Of a stretch of 64,000 nt of DNA, positions 10,650 through 20,227 are shown one piece after another (position 1 is the stretch's first letter; every line of letters begins with the position of its first letter). The translations under genes and the position numbers were made by a program. Source of the stretch: Bacilli bacterium (GTDB taxonomy: Bacteria; Bacillota_I; Bacilli_A; RFN20; CAG-826); the NCBI GenBank assembly GCA_017429285.1, contig JAFRPF010000031.1, positions 11,161 through 75,160 on the forward strand, given 5' to 3'. The notes under the pieces are model-generated. The model searched no databases. It saw nothing but the letters and a program-made list of their open reading frames with translations, and had not been told where the DNA came from.

Positions 10650-11093
10650 TTAAATGACAATGTCGATGCAACCAATATTCTTCAATATGTCTCTTACACA
10701 TCTACTTAGTTGTGCCACTACTAACTGATAATTACCTGTATACCATGGATCTTCTATTTCAGTGATGGATGATGTCCATTTACATATTGGTAATATCTTA
10801 TTTGAATTAGGAAACATCTTGTTTAGGTAATAATAATTCTCATCATCCATATAGAAAATATAATCCGCTTGTTGATAATCATCAAAATTAATCTGTTTCG
10901 CGTAATGTCTATCAAAAGAGATATTATTTCTTATTAATTCTTTCTTCATCGGAGGATAGATATCATTACCTATCTCTTCTAATGATGTTGCTCGAGAAGA
11001 AATAATAAAATTATTAGTTAATGATTTCATAATATATTCCGCGGCTACTGAACGACATATATTACCATGACAAACAAATATTATTTTCTTCAT
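10650..11093 (-). CDS. Low-molecular-weight protein-tyrosine phosphatase (Wzb-like)
   Basis: 147 aa; P-loop IIFVCHGNICRS (CX5R) and C-terminal DPWY motif; sits at the edge of the polysaccharide locus. Confidence 0.7.
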   Translation of the reverse strand: MKKIIFVCHGNICRSVAAEYIMKSLTNNFIISSRATSLEEIGNDIYPPMKKELIRNNISFDRHYAKQINFDDYQQADYIFYMDDENYYYLNKMFPNSNKILPICKWTSSITEIEDPWYTGNYQLVVAQLSRCVRDILKNIGCIDIVI

Positions 11094-11152
11094 ATCTTAA
11101 TCTTATAAAATTACTTGAAACATATTAACAATTATTATTAAATAATATCACT

Positions 11153-11237
11153 GCACCTATGGCGGAACTGGCAGACGCGCTAGACTTAGGATCTAGTGGG
11201 GCAACCCGTACAAGTTCGATTCTTGCTAGGTGCACCA
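11153..11237 (+). tRNA. tRNA-Leu (anticodon UAG)
   Basis: Hand-folded cloverleaf: acceptor GCACCTA/TAGGTGC, anticodon stem CTAGA/TCTAG with loop CTTAGGA, long variable arm, T-arm GCAAG/CTTGC, encoded CCA. Confidence 0.85.
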
Positions 11238-11247
11238 ATTTATAAAT

Positions 11248-11272
11248 AAACACCCCATAGGGGTGTTTTTAT
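11248..11272. terminator. Bidirectional intrinsic terminator between convergent tRNA genes
   Basis: Hairpin ACACCCC-TAT-GGGGTGT followed by TTTTT on + strand and a T-rich stretch on the minus strand. Confidence 0.5.
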
Positions 11273-11276
11273 CATC

Positions 11277-11352
11277 TGGTGCCGTCTATCGGAATCGAAC
11301 CAACAACCTATCGATTACAAATCGATTGCTCTGCCAATTGAGCTAAGACGGC
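11277..11352 (-). tRNA. tRNA-Thr (anticodon UGU)
   Basis: Reverse complement folds: acceptor GCCGTCT/AGACGGC, anticodon stem ATCGA/TCGAT with loop TTTGTAA, T-loop TTCGATT, CCA encoded. Confidence 0.85.
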
Positions 11353-11358
11353 GTTTCC

Positions 11359-11433
11359 TGGTGGACACTACAGGGATCGAACCTGTGACCTCTTCCGTGT
11401 GAAGGAAGCGTTCTCCCGCTGAACTAAGTGTCC
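11359..11433 (-). tRNA. tRNA-Val (anticodon CAC)
   Basis: Reverse complement folds: acceptor GGACACT/AGTGTCC, anticodon stem CTTCC/GGAAG with loop TTCACAC, T-loop TTCGATC, CCA encoded. Confidence 0.8.
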
Positions 11434-11625
11434 AGTTAGGACGCTTAAAAATAATAGCAAAGTAAAGTTTCTATTTCAATACTTATCTATATAGATGTAT
11501 TATTCATCATTTCTTATTAATAATATTTCTTTTAAAAGGTTTATAGATATAGCCATAAAAAATTTATTTTTTATTTTTGTTTTATTTATTCTATGCTATA
11601 TATATGGTTGAAGGGGACAATAGAT

Positions 11626-13626
11626 ATGAAAAAAGCATTTCCAGTTATATTATTAACCACTTTGATGGTGGCTTCTTGTTTGAAAGCTCATCAAAAATAT
11701 GGCTTTTATTCTTTAAAAGACGGAGTGGATACATCTACCTTACATGGCACTCCATGGCTTAACACCTCTATTATCGGTATGGCTAATAAAGTTTATAAAC
11801 CATCTCCTAAAGATGATTTCTTTACTTCCGCTAATTATGATGTCTTAGTTAATAACGTTATTCCAGAAGGTTCTCCTAAAGGAGGAGGTTTATTATATAG
11901 CACTAATCAGTTAGTGAAAGATAGACTTAACGATATTATGTCCACTAACACCACTTTCTTAAGCTTAAAAAAAAGAATGAAAAATGGTGATACAAATAAG
12001 ATTAAAGAAGAGATGGATAACATCATTAATATGACAAATGCTCAATTTGAAAATTATATGTCGAGTGTAGAATTTATCCGTGGTTCTTCTGCTCTTATCT
12101 CCATGACAAATGATAAAGGAGTACCTGCACTTGGTTATGCGGTTAATTCCAAAAATCAAAATATCCTCACCCTGATGGTGTCATTATTAATCTATCAACA
12201 ATTAGATGTGTTAACCGCCTCTTTAGAAGAGATGGGAGTAATGGTTGGTTATGAAAAAGAAGAAATATCTCAAATCATCCAAGATTGTTCTGAAACTTTA
12301 TTAAAATTTGCGGCAATTGTCATTCAAGCGAAATCTAATAAAGTGACCACGACAAAAGTTAAATCCATAAATGAAGTATTCCCAAGTATTATAAATGCGA
12401 AAAAGATCTTTAATGATTTAGGTTTAGATGATGAAGCAGATGTTGGGTATAGCGAATTAGCTTATAGCTTAGCTAATTATTTAAAAGAAACATATAGTGA
12501 TACTACAAACTTTAAAGCTTTAAAAGAGATGTTTGCTGTTATTAAATTATTTGAAAATAGATTCTTCTTTGGAGCGGAAAATTATAAGAATTTATGTCTT
12601 AATGCCTTCGCTAATAGTTTAATGGCGGATCCTAATGTCAAAGAGGATACATCTATTGATGAAGTTTCTAATTATTTAACAAACACTATCTTTCCAGAAG
12701 TAGTAGAAAGAGATTATTGCAACAAATACATTACCGCTAAAGCGAGAAATAAAACCAAAGAACTAATTAACGATGTTGTTAATGGTTTTACTACTGTATT
12801 AGAGAATAGTGATTGGTTAACTAATGAAACTAAACAAAAAGCTTTAGAAAAGATGTCTGCGATGAGATTTGAAGCCTTCTATAGCGATCAATATGAATCC
12901 TATAAGCCATTTACTTACACTCCAAGTGATTTAATCTCTAATTATGATGATTACTCTAATTACTATATAGAAGGATTATTTACTATAGCATTTAGTTCCG
13001 ACATCCTTCATATGGGTATGCCAGTAAGCACAGTTAACGCTGCTTATTCTCCACAAACAAATTCCTTTAGAATATTCCATGGTATCGTTTCTAGTTTCAT
13101 CGATGATGAATTAACAAAAGAAGAATTATATGGAAGAATCGGTACTGTAATAGGTCATGAAATTACCCACGGCTTTGATTCCACTGGTGCTCTTTATGAT
13201 AAAGATGGAGAAGTTAATAACTGGTGGACAGAAGAAGATCAAAAGAAATTCCAAGATAAGATTGATAAGATTGTTGATTATTATGAAAACAAAATCACCG
13301 TCTTAAATGACGGCACGAAAATATCTGGTGCTCCTCTAACTGGAGAAATCATCGCTGATATGGGTGGAATGAAAACCATGATTGAACTTGGAAAAAAGAT
13401 CAAAGGATTTAAATGGGATGTATTCTTTAAGAGTTTCGCGATGTTTTATAACTTTAACTACACTATCGATTCTATAAAAGATTCTATTAAAAATGATCCT
13501 CATCCTATTGGTTATTTAAGAGTTAATGTTACCGCTGCTCAATTTGATAAATTCCAAGAAACATATAAAGTTAAGGAAAAGAACGGCATGTATATTGCTC
13601 CAGAAGATAGAATCGCTATTTGGTAA
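11626..13626 (+). CDS. pepO: M13 family zinc metallopeptidase (neprilysin/PepO-like), lipoprotein
   Basis: HEITHGFD (HExxH) plus downstream E...D motifs and NAAY block of the M13 family. Start moved to the internal ATG, which is preceded by AAGGGG. N-terminal lipobox LMVASC. Confidence 0.8.
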   Translation: MKKAFPVILLTTLMVASCLKAHQKYGFYSLKDGVDTSTLHGTPWLNTSIIGMANKVYKPSPKDDFFTSANYDVLVNNVIPEGSPKGGGLLYSTNQLVKDRLNDIMSTNTTFLSLKKRMKNGDTNKIKEEMDNIINMTNAQFENYMSSVEFIRGSSALISMTNDKGVPALGYAVNSKNQNILTLMVSLLIYQQLDVLTASLEEMGVMVGYEKEEISQIIQDCSETLLKFAAIVIQAKSNKVTTTKVKSINEVFPSIINAKKIFNDLGLDDEADVGYSELAYSLANYLKETYSDTTNFKALKEMFAVIKLFENRFFFGAENYKNLCLNAFANSLMADPNVKEDTSIDEVSNYLTNTIFPEVVERDYCNKYITAKARNKTKELINDVVNGFTTVLENSDWLTNETKQKALEKMSAMRFEAFYSDQYESYKPFTYTPSDLISNYDDYSNYYIEGLFTIAFSSDILHMGMPVSTVNAAYSPQTNSFRIFHGIVSSFIDDELTKEELYGRIGTVIGHEITHGFDSTGALYDKDGEVNNWWTEEDQKKFQDKIDKIVDYYENKITVLNDGTKISGAPLTGEIIADMGGMKTMIELGKKIKGFKWDVFFKSFAMFYNFNYTIDSIKDSIKNDPHPIGYLRVNVTAAQFDKFQETYKVKEKNGMYIAPEDRIAIW

Positions 13627-13711
13627 TATCTACTATAGCAAACAAAAAGCTAAGGATTTGGATGTCCTTAGCTCTTTTTGTTTCTTCCTAACAAATGTTA
13701 TGGAAATTTAA

Positions 13712-16018
13712 TTAAATAATCACTTCGTAAAGTTGAATAGCTTCTTGATTTGAATAGGTAGTAGATTTGAAATATCTAAATCTGGTTTGTCCAGAATTTT
13801 TATTAAATCTTAAATGCGCTCCACCAGCACCAACGATATCGACATTACCGTCTTGATCGAAGCTAATTTCGTTATATGCGGCTTCATCTTTAATATCAAG
13901 GCCGTTAGAATCATTAGCTCTACCAATATATTTATTATCTCCACCTTGAATAGTCCAACCATCAGAACTTTCGATGAAGGTAAAAGCTTCAGCGGCTAAT
14001 TCTTCGCTATAAGCGATTGTGCCTTCATTAATTGTGACATCAATCTTATTGCTAACTGCATCTGCAGGTGTTGCGCCTTTCATAACCGCACCTTGGCTTT
14101 CACAAACGATTAAATATGCTCCATCCGTTAATTCATCAGCGGTAGTAATCTTTGCGAAATCAAGATTTTCTTTAATAGTGACAACGCATTCAGCGTGATG
14201 TTCACCGGCAGTAGCAGTGATTGTCACTTGAGTATCAAGAGCAGCTCCGCTGGAAACTGTTAATTCACCAGTAGAAGAATCAACCGCTACAACACTTGGT
14301 TCGCTAGATGAGAATTCTACATCTTCTGCAATCATAGATTTGGTAGCGACTAATTGTCGATAAGTCATACCTGGTTTTAATGTTAATGCTGTTTTGTTAA
14401 GAGTTAAGCTTGGTTCATGGACTTCTCCACTACCAGCTAAGAATTGAACTGTAGTAACTCCATTACCACCACCTATATAAGCGGCACAATTACCTGTACC
14501 ATCTTCAGCGTAATAATAACCATCTTCAGATTCAGGAGCTTCAATATACCAAGGTTCCTTTTCTAAATCATTTAAATATTGAGCGAAAACTGTTCCTTCT
14601 GGATCATATGCTGAAACGTAATAACCAACATAAGATCCATAATTTTCTTGAGCATATTCAGTGCAGTATTCATCAAGTTCTTCCTCAGTTATCAATCCAA
14701 AAACATAATACATATAGTAATAGTCATAGGCTTCCATATAAGCCGCTTCATAAGCAGCGTCTTCATCATAGACAGCGACCTTTAATTTCTTTGCAAAGCC
14801 AGATAACGCTAAAGGAGGAACTGTCACTTGATATTGAGCTAAGAATACACTGATTTGATCGCCTGGCCAAGCATCAACAAATGTTGATACTGGTTCAGTT
14901 TCAGCGATAACAACTTCAAATCCTTCAACTGCATCATCATCGTTATATAGGGCAGCAAAAGAAATTTCTAATGTTTCTTCCCAGTTATAAACGTAAGTAG
15001 ATGAACCAGCGACATAGCCAATATCTAATAAACTACCTAAATAGCTTTCTTCTAAATCAGAAGTAGCGGCACCAGAGATATGTAAAACTCCATTTTTAAC
15101 ATAATATTCATATGAAGTTGCCGTAAATGAAGGAACGGTATATCCTGCTCCAGCATGTGCTTCATAAGGTGCAACAACATCACTTGGCCAAGTGGCCACT
15201 TCTGTAGTTTTTGGAGTGTAATAGCAACAAATGACGTTGCCAGTTCCTTTAACGTAATATGGATTAATGGTAATTGTGGATCCATCCTCAAGAGTTTTCA
15301 CTAATAATGGATCACCATAATCATCAACACCAGTATTAACATAACCATTGGCAGGTAATGTCACTAAACTAACATAGTCAGACACTAAATCTTGATAATA
15401 TTGATCCACTATATACATAGTGTCTTCATCGTCTTGTTGGACAGTATAACCTTTACCAAATTTCATAAATGGAACTGCTTCAGTTAAGGTGCTGTTCATG
15501 ACTTCGAGATCTTCAGTTGTCCATGCGGTATTAGGTGTTAATTCAGTAACTAATTCGTTATACCAACAACTGATAAAGTTTCCATATTCGCTATCAAAAT
15601 AATATTGAACGAAATAATATTTGCCTTCGCCAGAATCTTTTGAAGCGGTATAGTAAACATCTGTTGGATCTTCGTCATTAACTTCGACATCCCAATCAGC
15701 ATCTTCTAGTTCATCGCCCCAATCAGCAAGGGTAAAGCTAGTGGCTTCATCATAGATGGCTAAGAATGGTTCGCCAGTCATATAATCTTCGAATTCGTCA
15801 TATGTGTAACCGGCTTTAAGTTCAACATAAGGTAATACTTCACCACACCATTTTTCCATCAAAGTCTGTAAATCAGCAGGCCATTCTGGCTCTGGAGTTT
15901 CAGAAGATGAAGATGGAGTGGATGAATCCGCACTACTTTTGTTCTTTTTAGGTGTACAACCCACGGCAAGTGCGGCTAATAAACCTAAAGATAAAATACT
16001 AAGTAATTTTTTCTTCAT
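13712..16018 (-). CDS. Large acidic Tyr/Asp/Glu-rich surface lipoprotein with Big_2-like Ig domain
   Basis: 768 aa; lipobox LAALAVGC; strongly acidic with many YY dipeptides; internal Ig-like segment (LTLKPGMTYRQLVATKSM...SSSEPSVVAVDSSTGELTV); no catalytic motif recognised. Confidence 0.5.
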   Translation of the reverse strand: MKKKLLSILSLGLLAALAVGCTPKKNKSSADSSTPSSSSETPEPEWPADLQTLMEKWCGEVLPYVELKAGYTYDEFEDYMTGEPFLAIYDEATSFTLADWGDELEDADWDVEVNDEDPTDVYYTASKDSGEGKYYFVQYYFDSEYGNFISCWYNELVTELTPNTAWTTEDLEVMNSTLTEAVPFMKFGKGYTVQQDDEDTMYIVDQYYQDLVSDYVSLVTLPANGYVNTGVDDYGDPLLVKTLEDGSTITINPYYVKGTGNVICCYYTPKTTEVATWPSDVVAPYEAHAGAGYTVPSFTATSYEYYVKNGVLHISGAATSDLEESYLGSLLDIGYVAGSSTYVYNWEETLEISFAALYNDDDAVEGFEVVIAETEPVSTFVDAWPGDQISVFLAQYQVTVPPLALSGFAKKLKVAVYDEDAAYEAAYMEAYDYYYMYYVFGLITEEELDEYCTEYAQENYGSYVGYYVSAYDPEGTVFAQYLNDLEKEPWYIEAPESEDGYYYAEDGTGNCAAYIGGGNGVTTVQFLAGSGEVHEPSLTLNKTALTLKPGMTYRQLVATKSMIAEDVEFSSSEPSVVAVDSSTGELTVSSGAALDTQVTITATAGEHHAECVVTIKENLDFAKITTADELTDGAYLIVCESQGAVMKGATPADAVSNKIDVTINEGTIAYSEELAAEAFTFIESSDGWTIQGGDNKYIGRANDSNGLDIKDEAAYNEISFDQDGNVDIVGAGGAHLRFNKNSGQTRFRYFKSTTYSNQEAIQLYEVII

Positions 16019-16102
16019 ATATAACCCCTTTCGTATTTTTTTAACGTAATTATTCTATATAAATAAAATGCGTGCCCGCAATAAATATGTTAAGTAAGTA
16101 AC

Positions 16103-16125
16103 AAAAAAATACGGACAATCCGTAT
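16103..16125 (-). terminator. Intrinsic terminator after tRNA-Ile (minus strand)
   Basis: Hairpin ACGGA-CAA-TCCGT with 7-A run upstream on + strand (T-run on minus). Confidence 0.4.
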
Positions 16126-16142
16126 TTGATTTTTAGCAATTT

Positions 16143-16219
16143 TGGTGGGCCTAATTGGACTTGAACCAGCGACCTCGCCCTTATCAGGGGCGCGCTCTAA
16201 CCAACTGAGCTATAGGCCC
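16143..16219 (-). tRNA. tRNA-Ile (anticodon GAU)
   Basis: Reverse complement GGGCCTATAGCTCAGTTGGTTAGAGCGCGCCCCTGATAAGGGCGAGGTCGCTGGTTCAAGTCCAATTAGGCCCACCA folds into a canonical cloverleaf. Confidence 0.85.
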
Positions 16220-16290
16220 ATGTGTCTTATAGACAGCGTTAATAATATACAATAGCGGTTTATAAAAATCAACGGAAAATATATAAAAGA

Positions 16291-16316
16291 AAAAGGAAGG
16301 AATATTTCATCCTTCC
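16291..16316 (-). terminator. Intrinsic terminator after rpsI
   Basis: Stem GGAAGG/CCTTCC with A-run upstream on + strand (T-run on minus). Confidence 0.5.
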
Positions 16317-16365
16317 CTTTAGCACGCTTCTTACTAGTGATATCGAAGATATCAATATAACAAGA

Positions 16366-16764
16366 TTAACGTTTGCTGAATTGTGGAGCTTTTCTTGCGG
16401 CTTTAAGACCGTATTTCTTTCTTTCTTTCTTGCGGGAGTCTCTTGTGAGCATACCAGCAACTTTTAAGGAAGAACGATCGCATCCAGCTTCTAATAAAGC
16501 TCTTGCGATACCAAGACGGATAGCACCAGATTGACCAGTGAATCCACCACCTCTAACTTCAGCTTTAACATCGTATTTACCTTCGGTACCAGTGATAACT
16601 AATGGTTGCTTTAAATCAAGCACTAATGTTTGATAAGGCATATATTCATTAACATCGAGACCGTTAACGATAACTTTACCTGTTCCAGAAGTGAGATAGA
16701 CACGAGCGATAGAAGTTTTTCTTCTACCAGTGCCGTAATATTGAAGATCAGCTTTCTTTGCCAT
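16366..16764 (-). CDS. rpsI: 30S ribosomal protein S9
   Basis: 132 aa; conserved S9 sequence ending ...RKAPQFSKR. Confidence 0.95.
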   Translation of the reverse strand: MAKKADLQYYGTGRRKTSIARVYLTSGTGKVIVNGLDVNEYMPYQTLVLDLKQPLVITGTEGKYDVKAEVRGGGFTGQSGAIRLGIARALLEAGCDRSSLKVAGMLTRDSRKKERKKYGLKAARKAPQFSKR

Positions 16765-16777
16765 TGTTCAATACCTC

Positions 16778-17218
16778 CTAGTATTTGAGCTCTAAAACTT
16801 CGGGTTTTTGAGCTTCGTGTTTGTGGTCAGCACCAGAATAAACGAATAATTTCTTTTCGATTTGACGGCCTAAGCGACCTTTTGGAAGCATGCCGTGAAC
16901 GCATCTTTCAAACATTTCTTCTGGGAATCTTTCCACCATTTCTTTTGCGGTTCTTGTACGGAGACCGCCGTTGTAACCAGAAACATTGTAATATTTCTTT
17001 GTTTCTAATTTGTTGCCAGAGAGGCTAACTTTTTCAGCGTTGATAACGATGACATAATCACCACAATCAACATTTGGTGTCCAAGTTGGTTTACATTTAC
17101 CAGTTAACACCTGAGCCACTTGAGAGGCTAATCTTCCTAATGGTTTGCCTTCAGCATCGATGACATACCATTTTCTTTGGATTTCGTTTGCTTTTGCAAT
17201 AGTAGTTTGACGTTGCAT
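16778..17218 (-). CDS. rplM: 50S ribosomal protein L13
   Basis: 146 aa; canonical L13 sequence; immediately upstream of rpsI. Confidence 0.95.
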   Translation of the reverse strand: MQRQTTIAKANEIQRKWYVIDAEGKPLGRLASQVAQVLTGKCKPTWTPNVDCGDYVIVINAEKVSLSGNKLETKKYYNVSGYNGGLRTRTAKEMVERFPEEMFERCVHGMLPKGRLGRQIEKKLFVYSGADHKHEAQKPEVLELKY

Positions 17219-17294
17219 AACTTAAATCCTCCTTTTCCAAACTAACTCTGTCTTTACCGGGGACTTCGCTAATTTAGCTTTTGTGCCGAGTAAA

Positions 17295-17324
17295 ATCATA
17301 CTCGGTAAGAATTAGTATTGTCAA
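17295..17324 (-). promoter_or_regulatory. Sigma-A type promoter for rplM-rpsI (-35 TTGACA, 18-nt spacer, -10 TATGAT) with leader hairpin
   Basis: Read on minus strand: TTGACAatactaattcttaccgagTATGAT; downstream leader contains CCGAGTA/TACTCGG hairpin (possible L13 leader-like element). Confidence 0.35.
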
Positions 17325-17356
17325 ACATATTTTAAATTAAATATGGTTAGGCAATA

Positions 17357-17381
17357 AAAAAGGAAGGAATCGTTCCTTCCA
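17357..17381 (-). terminator. Intrinsic terminator after membrane-protein gene
   Basis: Stem GGAAGGAA/TTCCTTCC with poly-A upstream on + strand (T-run on minus). Confidence 0.5.
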
Positions 17382-17389
17382 ATTTCTAT

Positions 17390-17824
17390 TTATTCAAAGT
17401 CACTTGTTTTAAATGCCAGCATCTTTATAGCGCCTATTAATTCCACAGGAATAAATATCGTGGATAAGGAAGCAAATATGCCAAGGATTCCCGCGGCTCT
17501 AGCAGCACCTCTGCTATTCGCATTTTTACAAAATGATAACGCCATAATAGAACATGGGAGTCCCACTACTAATGAGTAGCCACTTAAGCAACCAAATATA
17601 GTGGCTAACATAGTAAATGTTGCATCATGACTTACTTGATCAACAGCTTGTTGCGCGCCTTCTTCACCAGCGATAACCGCTCCTGTAGTGGCGCCCATGG
17701 TAACAACCACCGCCATCATCACTAAGATGACAACTAAAGCGATAATATATCCAAATATCGCAACAATATCTAAAATTAATCCACCAACGAATAATCCTGT
17801 TGGTTTACCCCTTTTATCAGCCAT
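17390..17824 (-). CDS. Small integral membrane protein (4 TM, possibly DUF4190-like repeats)
   Basis: 144 aa, four hydrophobic helices, Gly/Ala-rich; starts 3 nt downstream of yebC stop, so co-transcribed with yebC. Confidence 0.5.
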   Translation of the reverse strand: MADKRGKPTGLFVGGLILDIVAIFGYIIALVVILVMMAVVVTMGATTGAVIAGEEGAQQAVDQVSHDATFTMLATIFGCLSGYSLVVGLPCSIMALSFCKNANSRGAARAAGILGIFASLSTIFIPVELIGAIKMLAFKTSDFE

Positions 17825-17827
17825 ATA

Positions 17828-18538
17828 TTATAGGCCTCTAACGTTATGATAGACGTTTTGAACATCCTCGACATCGTCGAGCATATCTAATAATTCAGTG
17901 AATTTTCTCTTATCTTCTGGATCAGATAATTCAATTGGATCGTTTGGTAAGAAAGTAATTTCAGAAGTAATAAATTCAGTGATACCCATACCCGCTAAAA
18001 CTTCTCTAGCGTGACTAAATGCCGCAGGTTCCACTAAAACAGAGATAACACCATCTTCTAATGTTACTTCTCTAACATCGACATCACTTAAAATAAGTGT
18101 TTCTTCCACTTCATCACGGTTTGTGCCGTTAAAATCAAAAACACCAGTTTCAGTAAAATTAAAGATTGTTGAACCTAAGTGACCACCTTTTTTAGTGATC
18201 GCTGTTCTGATTTCCACTAAAGCACGGTTGGAATTATCAGTTAATGAATCAACAATTAAAAGAGAACCACCAGGACCAAAAGCTTCGTATCTACCTTGTG
18301 TATAAGATTCAGCAGATCCACCTTTTGCTTTTTGAATTGCTCTATCAATGACATCTTTAGTAACGTTTTGAGATCTCCATTTTTCAATTGCTGATCTTAA
18401 CGCTAAGTTCATTGATGGATCTGGCTCACCAGATTTTGCTGCCATATAAATTTCTTTAGAAGCTCTATTGAATAAAGCGCTTCTTTTCGCCGCAGTGGCA
18501 GCCATTGCTTTGGCTCTAACTTCATGTGCTCTTCCCAT
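17828..18538 (-). CDS. yebC: YebC/PmpR family DNA-binding transcriptional regulator
   Basis: 236 aa; N-terminus MGRAHEVRAKAMAATAAKRSALFNRASKEIYMAAKSGEPDP is the hallmark of the YebC (DUF28) family. Confidence 0.85.
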   Translation of the reverse strand: MGRAHEVRAKAMAATAAKRSALFNRASKEIYMAAKSGEPDPSMNLALRSAIEKWRSQNVTKDVIDRAIQKAKGGSAESYTQGRYEAFGPGGSLLIVDSLTDNSNRALVEIRTAITKKGGHLGSTIFNFTETGVFDFNGTNRDEVEETLILSDVDVREVTLEDGVISVLVEPAAFSHAREVLAGMGITEFITSEITFLPNDPIELSDPEDKRKFTELLDMLDDVEDVQNVYHNVRGL

Positions 18539-18595
18539 TGGTTTTTCCTCTTTTCGGTTTTAGATTTTAGCAAAATTACTTATTAATGTGAATAC

Positions 18596-19333
18596 TTAAT
18601 AATTCACATCAACAAGATATAAGCCTTCTGCTGGAGCTTTATAACTAACGATCTCTCGTTTATCTTTCTTTGATAAATGATACTCTATGAAACTAATGTC
18701 TTCTTTTTTTGCCGCTACCGCTAAAGCAGTCCCAACGATATTTCTAATCATGTAACGCATAAACCCGTTTCCTTTGATAGAAATAATCATTTGTTTAGTT
18801 TGCTCAATATAATTAGCCTCGATTAAATAGATGGTTCTTACAAAATTATCTTCATCTTCTTCTTTTGAAGTAAAATCTTGGAAATTATGGGTTCCTTCAA
18901 ATAGTTTTAATGATTCAATAAGTAGGTCAATATCAACTTCATAAGGAACTATTGTTTCAAGCTCATAATTAAAGGGATTTCTTTCATCTAATCTCATCAA
19001 ATATGTATATGTTTTTCCTTTAGCGGAATAACGAGCATGAAAATCATCACTTACTTGTCTAATTTCGTTAATAAAAATATCTTTTGGAAGTAAACAATTA
19101 GCGGAATATCTTAATCTATCTAGATCCATATTTGAATCAGTATCAAAATGGAAGTATTGTCTTTGAGCGTGAACTCCAGCATCGGTTCTTCCAGAGGCAA
19201 AAATATTAATTTCAGAATTTAAAATTTGTGAAAGAACTTTTTCAATTTCTTCCTGAACACTAGGAGCATTTTTCTGCTTTTGCCAACCTTGATAATTTGT
19301 ACCTTTATAGGATACTTGACATAGTAATCTCAT
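18596..19333 (-). CDS. truA: tRNA pseudouridine(38-40) synthase
   Basis: 245 aa; ...GRTDAGVHA... catalytic Asp motif; conserved position downstream of ecfT as in Firmicutes. Confidence 0.9.
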   Translation of the reverse strand: MRLLCQVSYKGTNYQGWQKQKNAPSVQEEIEKVLSQILNSEINIFASGRTDAGVHAQRQYFHFDTDSNMDLDRLRYSANCLLPKDIFINEIRQVSDDFHARYSAKGKTYTYLMRLDERNPFNYELETIVPYEVDIDLLIESLKLFEGTHNFQDFTSKEEDEDNFVRTIYLIEANYIEQTKQMIISIKGNGFMRYMIRNIVGTALAVAAKKEDISFIEYHLSKKDKREIVSYKAPAEGLYLVDVNY

Positions 19334-19345
19334 CTCAAAAACCCC

Positions 19346-20227
19346 CTAAAATCCAAGGTTAATGTGGAAAAATAGCTCAAATAAATCTAATGTTTCTACA
19401 TTTAAATCGTAAATGAATAGATATAGGATTCCGCCGAACACCGCACCACCAATAACAAAGGCGATGATATCTCTATATGTGAATGATAATTTACGATATC
19501 TAGTTCTTTTGCCTTTTGGATCATAACCCCTAGCTTCCATCGCATCAGAAAGTTCTTCACTTCTTTGAATTGCAGATACAAATAGAGGAATAATTAAAGA
19601 GATAACCGCTCTAAAACGTTTAAAGAGATTTCCTCTATTAAAATCCACACCACGAGAAGCTTGAGCTTTCATAATACGGTCAGTTTCATCTAATAATGTT
19701 GGTATAAATCTTAAAGCAATTGATAAAGTCATTGCGATTTCGTGAACTGGGAATCTAATAACCTTTAAAGGATACATATACCATTCAAATGCATAGGTTA
19801 AATCCATCGGTTTTGTACTAGAAGTTAAAACCATGGTTAAAGAAATCATTAAAATCAGTCTTAAAATGATATAACCAGCTTGGTAAAAGGAATCCCAATA
19901 TATCGCATAATGATCATTAAAACGATAACAGACCATTGTATAGGAGTTATTCGGTATAAATACATATATCGCTAATATGAATATCACCATGAACCACATG
20001 GATTTCATACTTTTAAATAAACCTAAAAAACTAATTCTAGTAAGTATCATTAATAGAATTAATAAGATTAACATTCCTGCACTTAAAAGAAGTGTTGTGG
20101 ACCATAAAGTAAACTTTAAAAAAATGGCCACCATTAAAAGAATAAGAATTAAAATCTTATTTCTTGGATCAAGTTTATGAACAAAGGTGTTATAAGGCGT
20201 ATAACGCCCAAAAGTGACGTTATTCAT
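19346..20227 (-). CDS. ecfT: Energy-coupling factor transporter transmembrane (T) component
   Basis: 293 aa multi-TM CbiQ-like protein with ...ALRFIPTLLDE...RG motif; follows two ECF ATPases. Confidence 0.85.
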   Translation of the reverse strand: MNNVTFGRYTPYNTFVHKLDPRNKILILILLMVAIFLKFTLWSTTLLLSAGMLILLILLMILTRISFLGLFKSMKSMWFMVIFILAIYVFIPNNSYTMVCYRFNDHYAIYWDSFYQAGYIILRLILMISLTMVLTSSTKPMDLTYAFEWYMYPLKVIRFPVHEIAMTLSIALRFIPTLLDETDRIMKAQASRGVDFNRGNLFKRFRAVISLIIPLFVSAIQRSEELSDAMEARGYDPKGKRTRYRKLSFTYRDIIAFVIGGAVFGGILYLFIYDLNVETLDLFELFFHINLGF

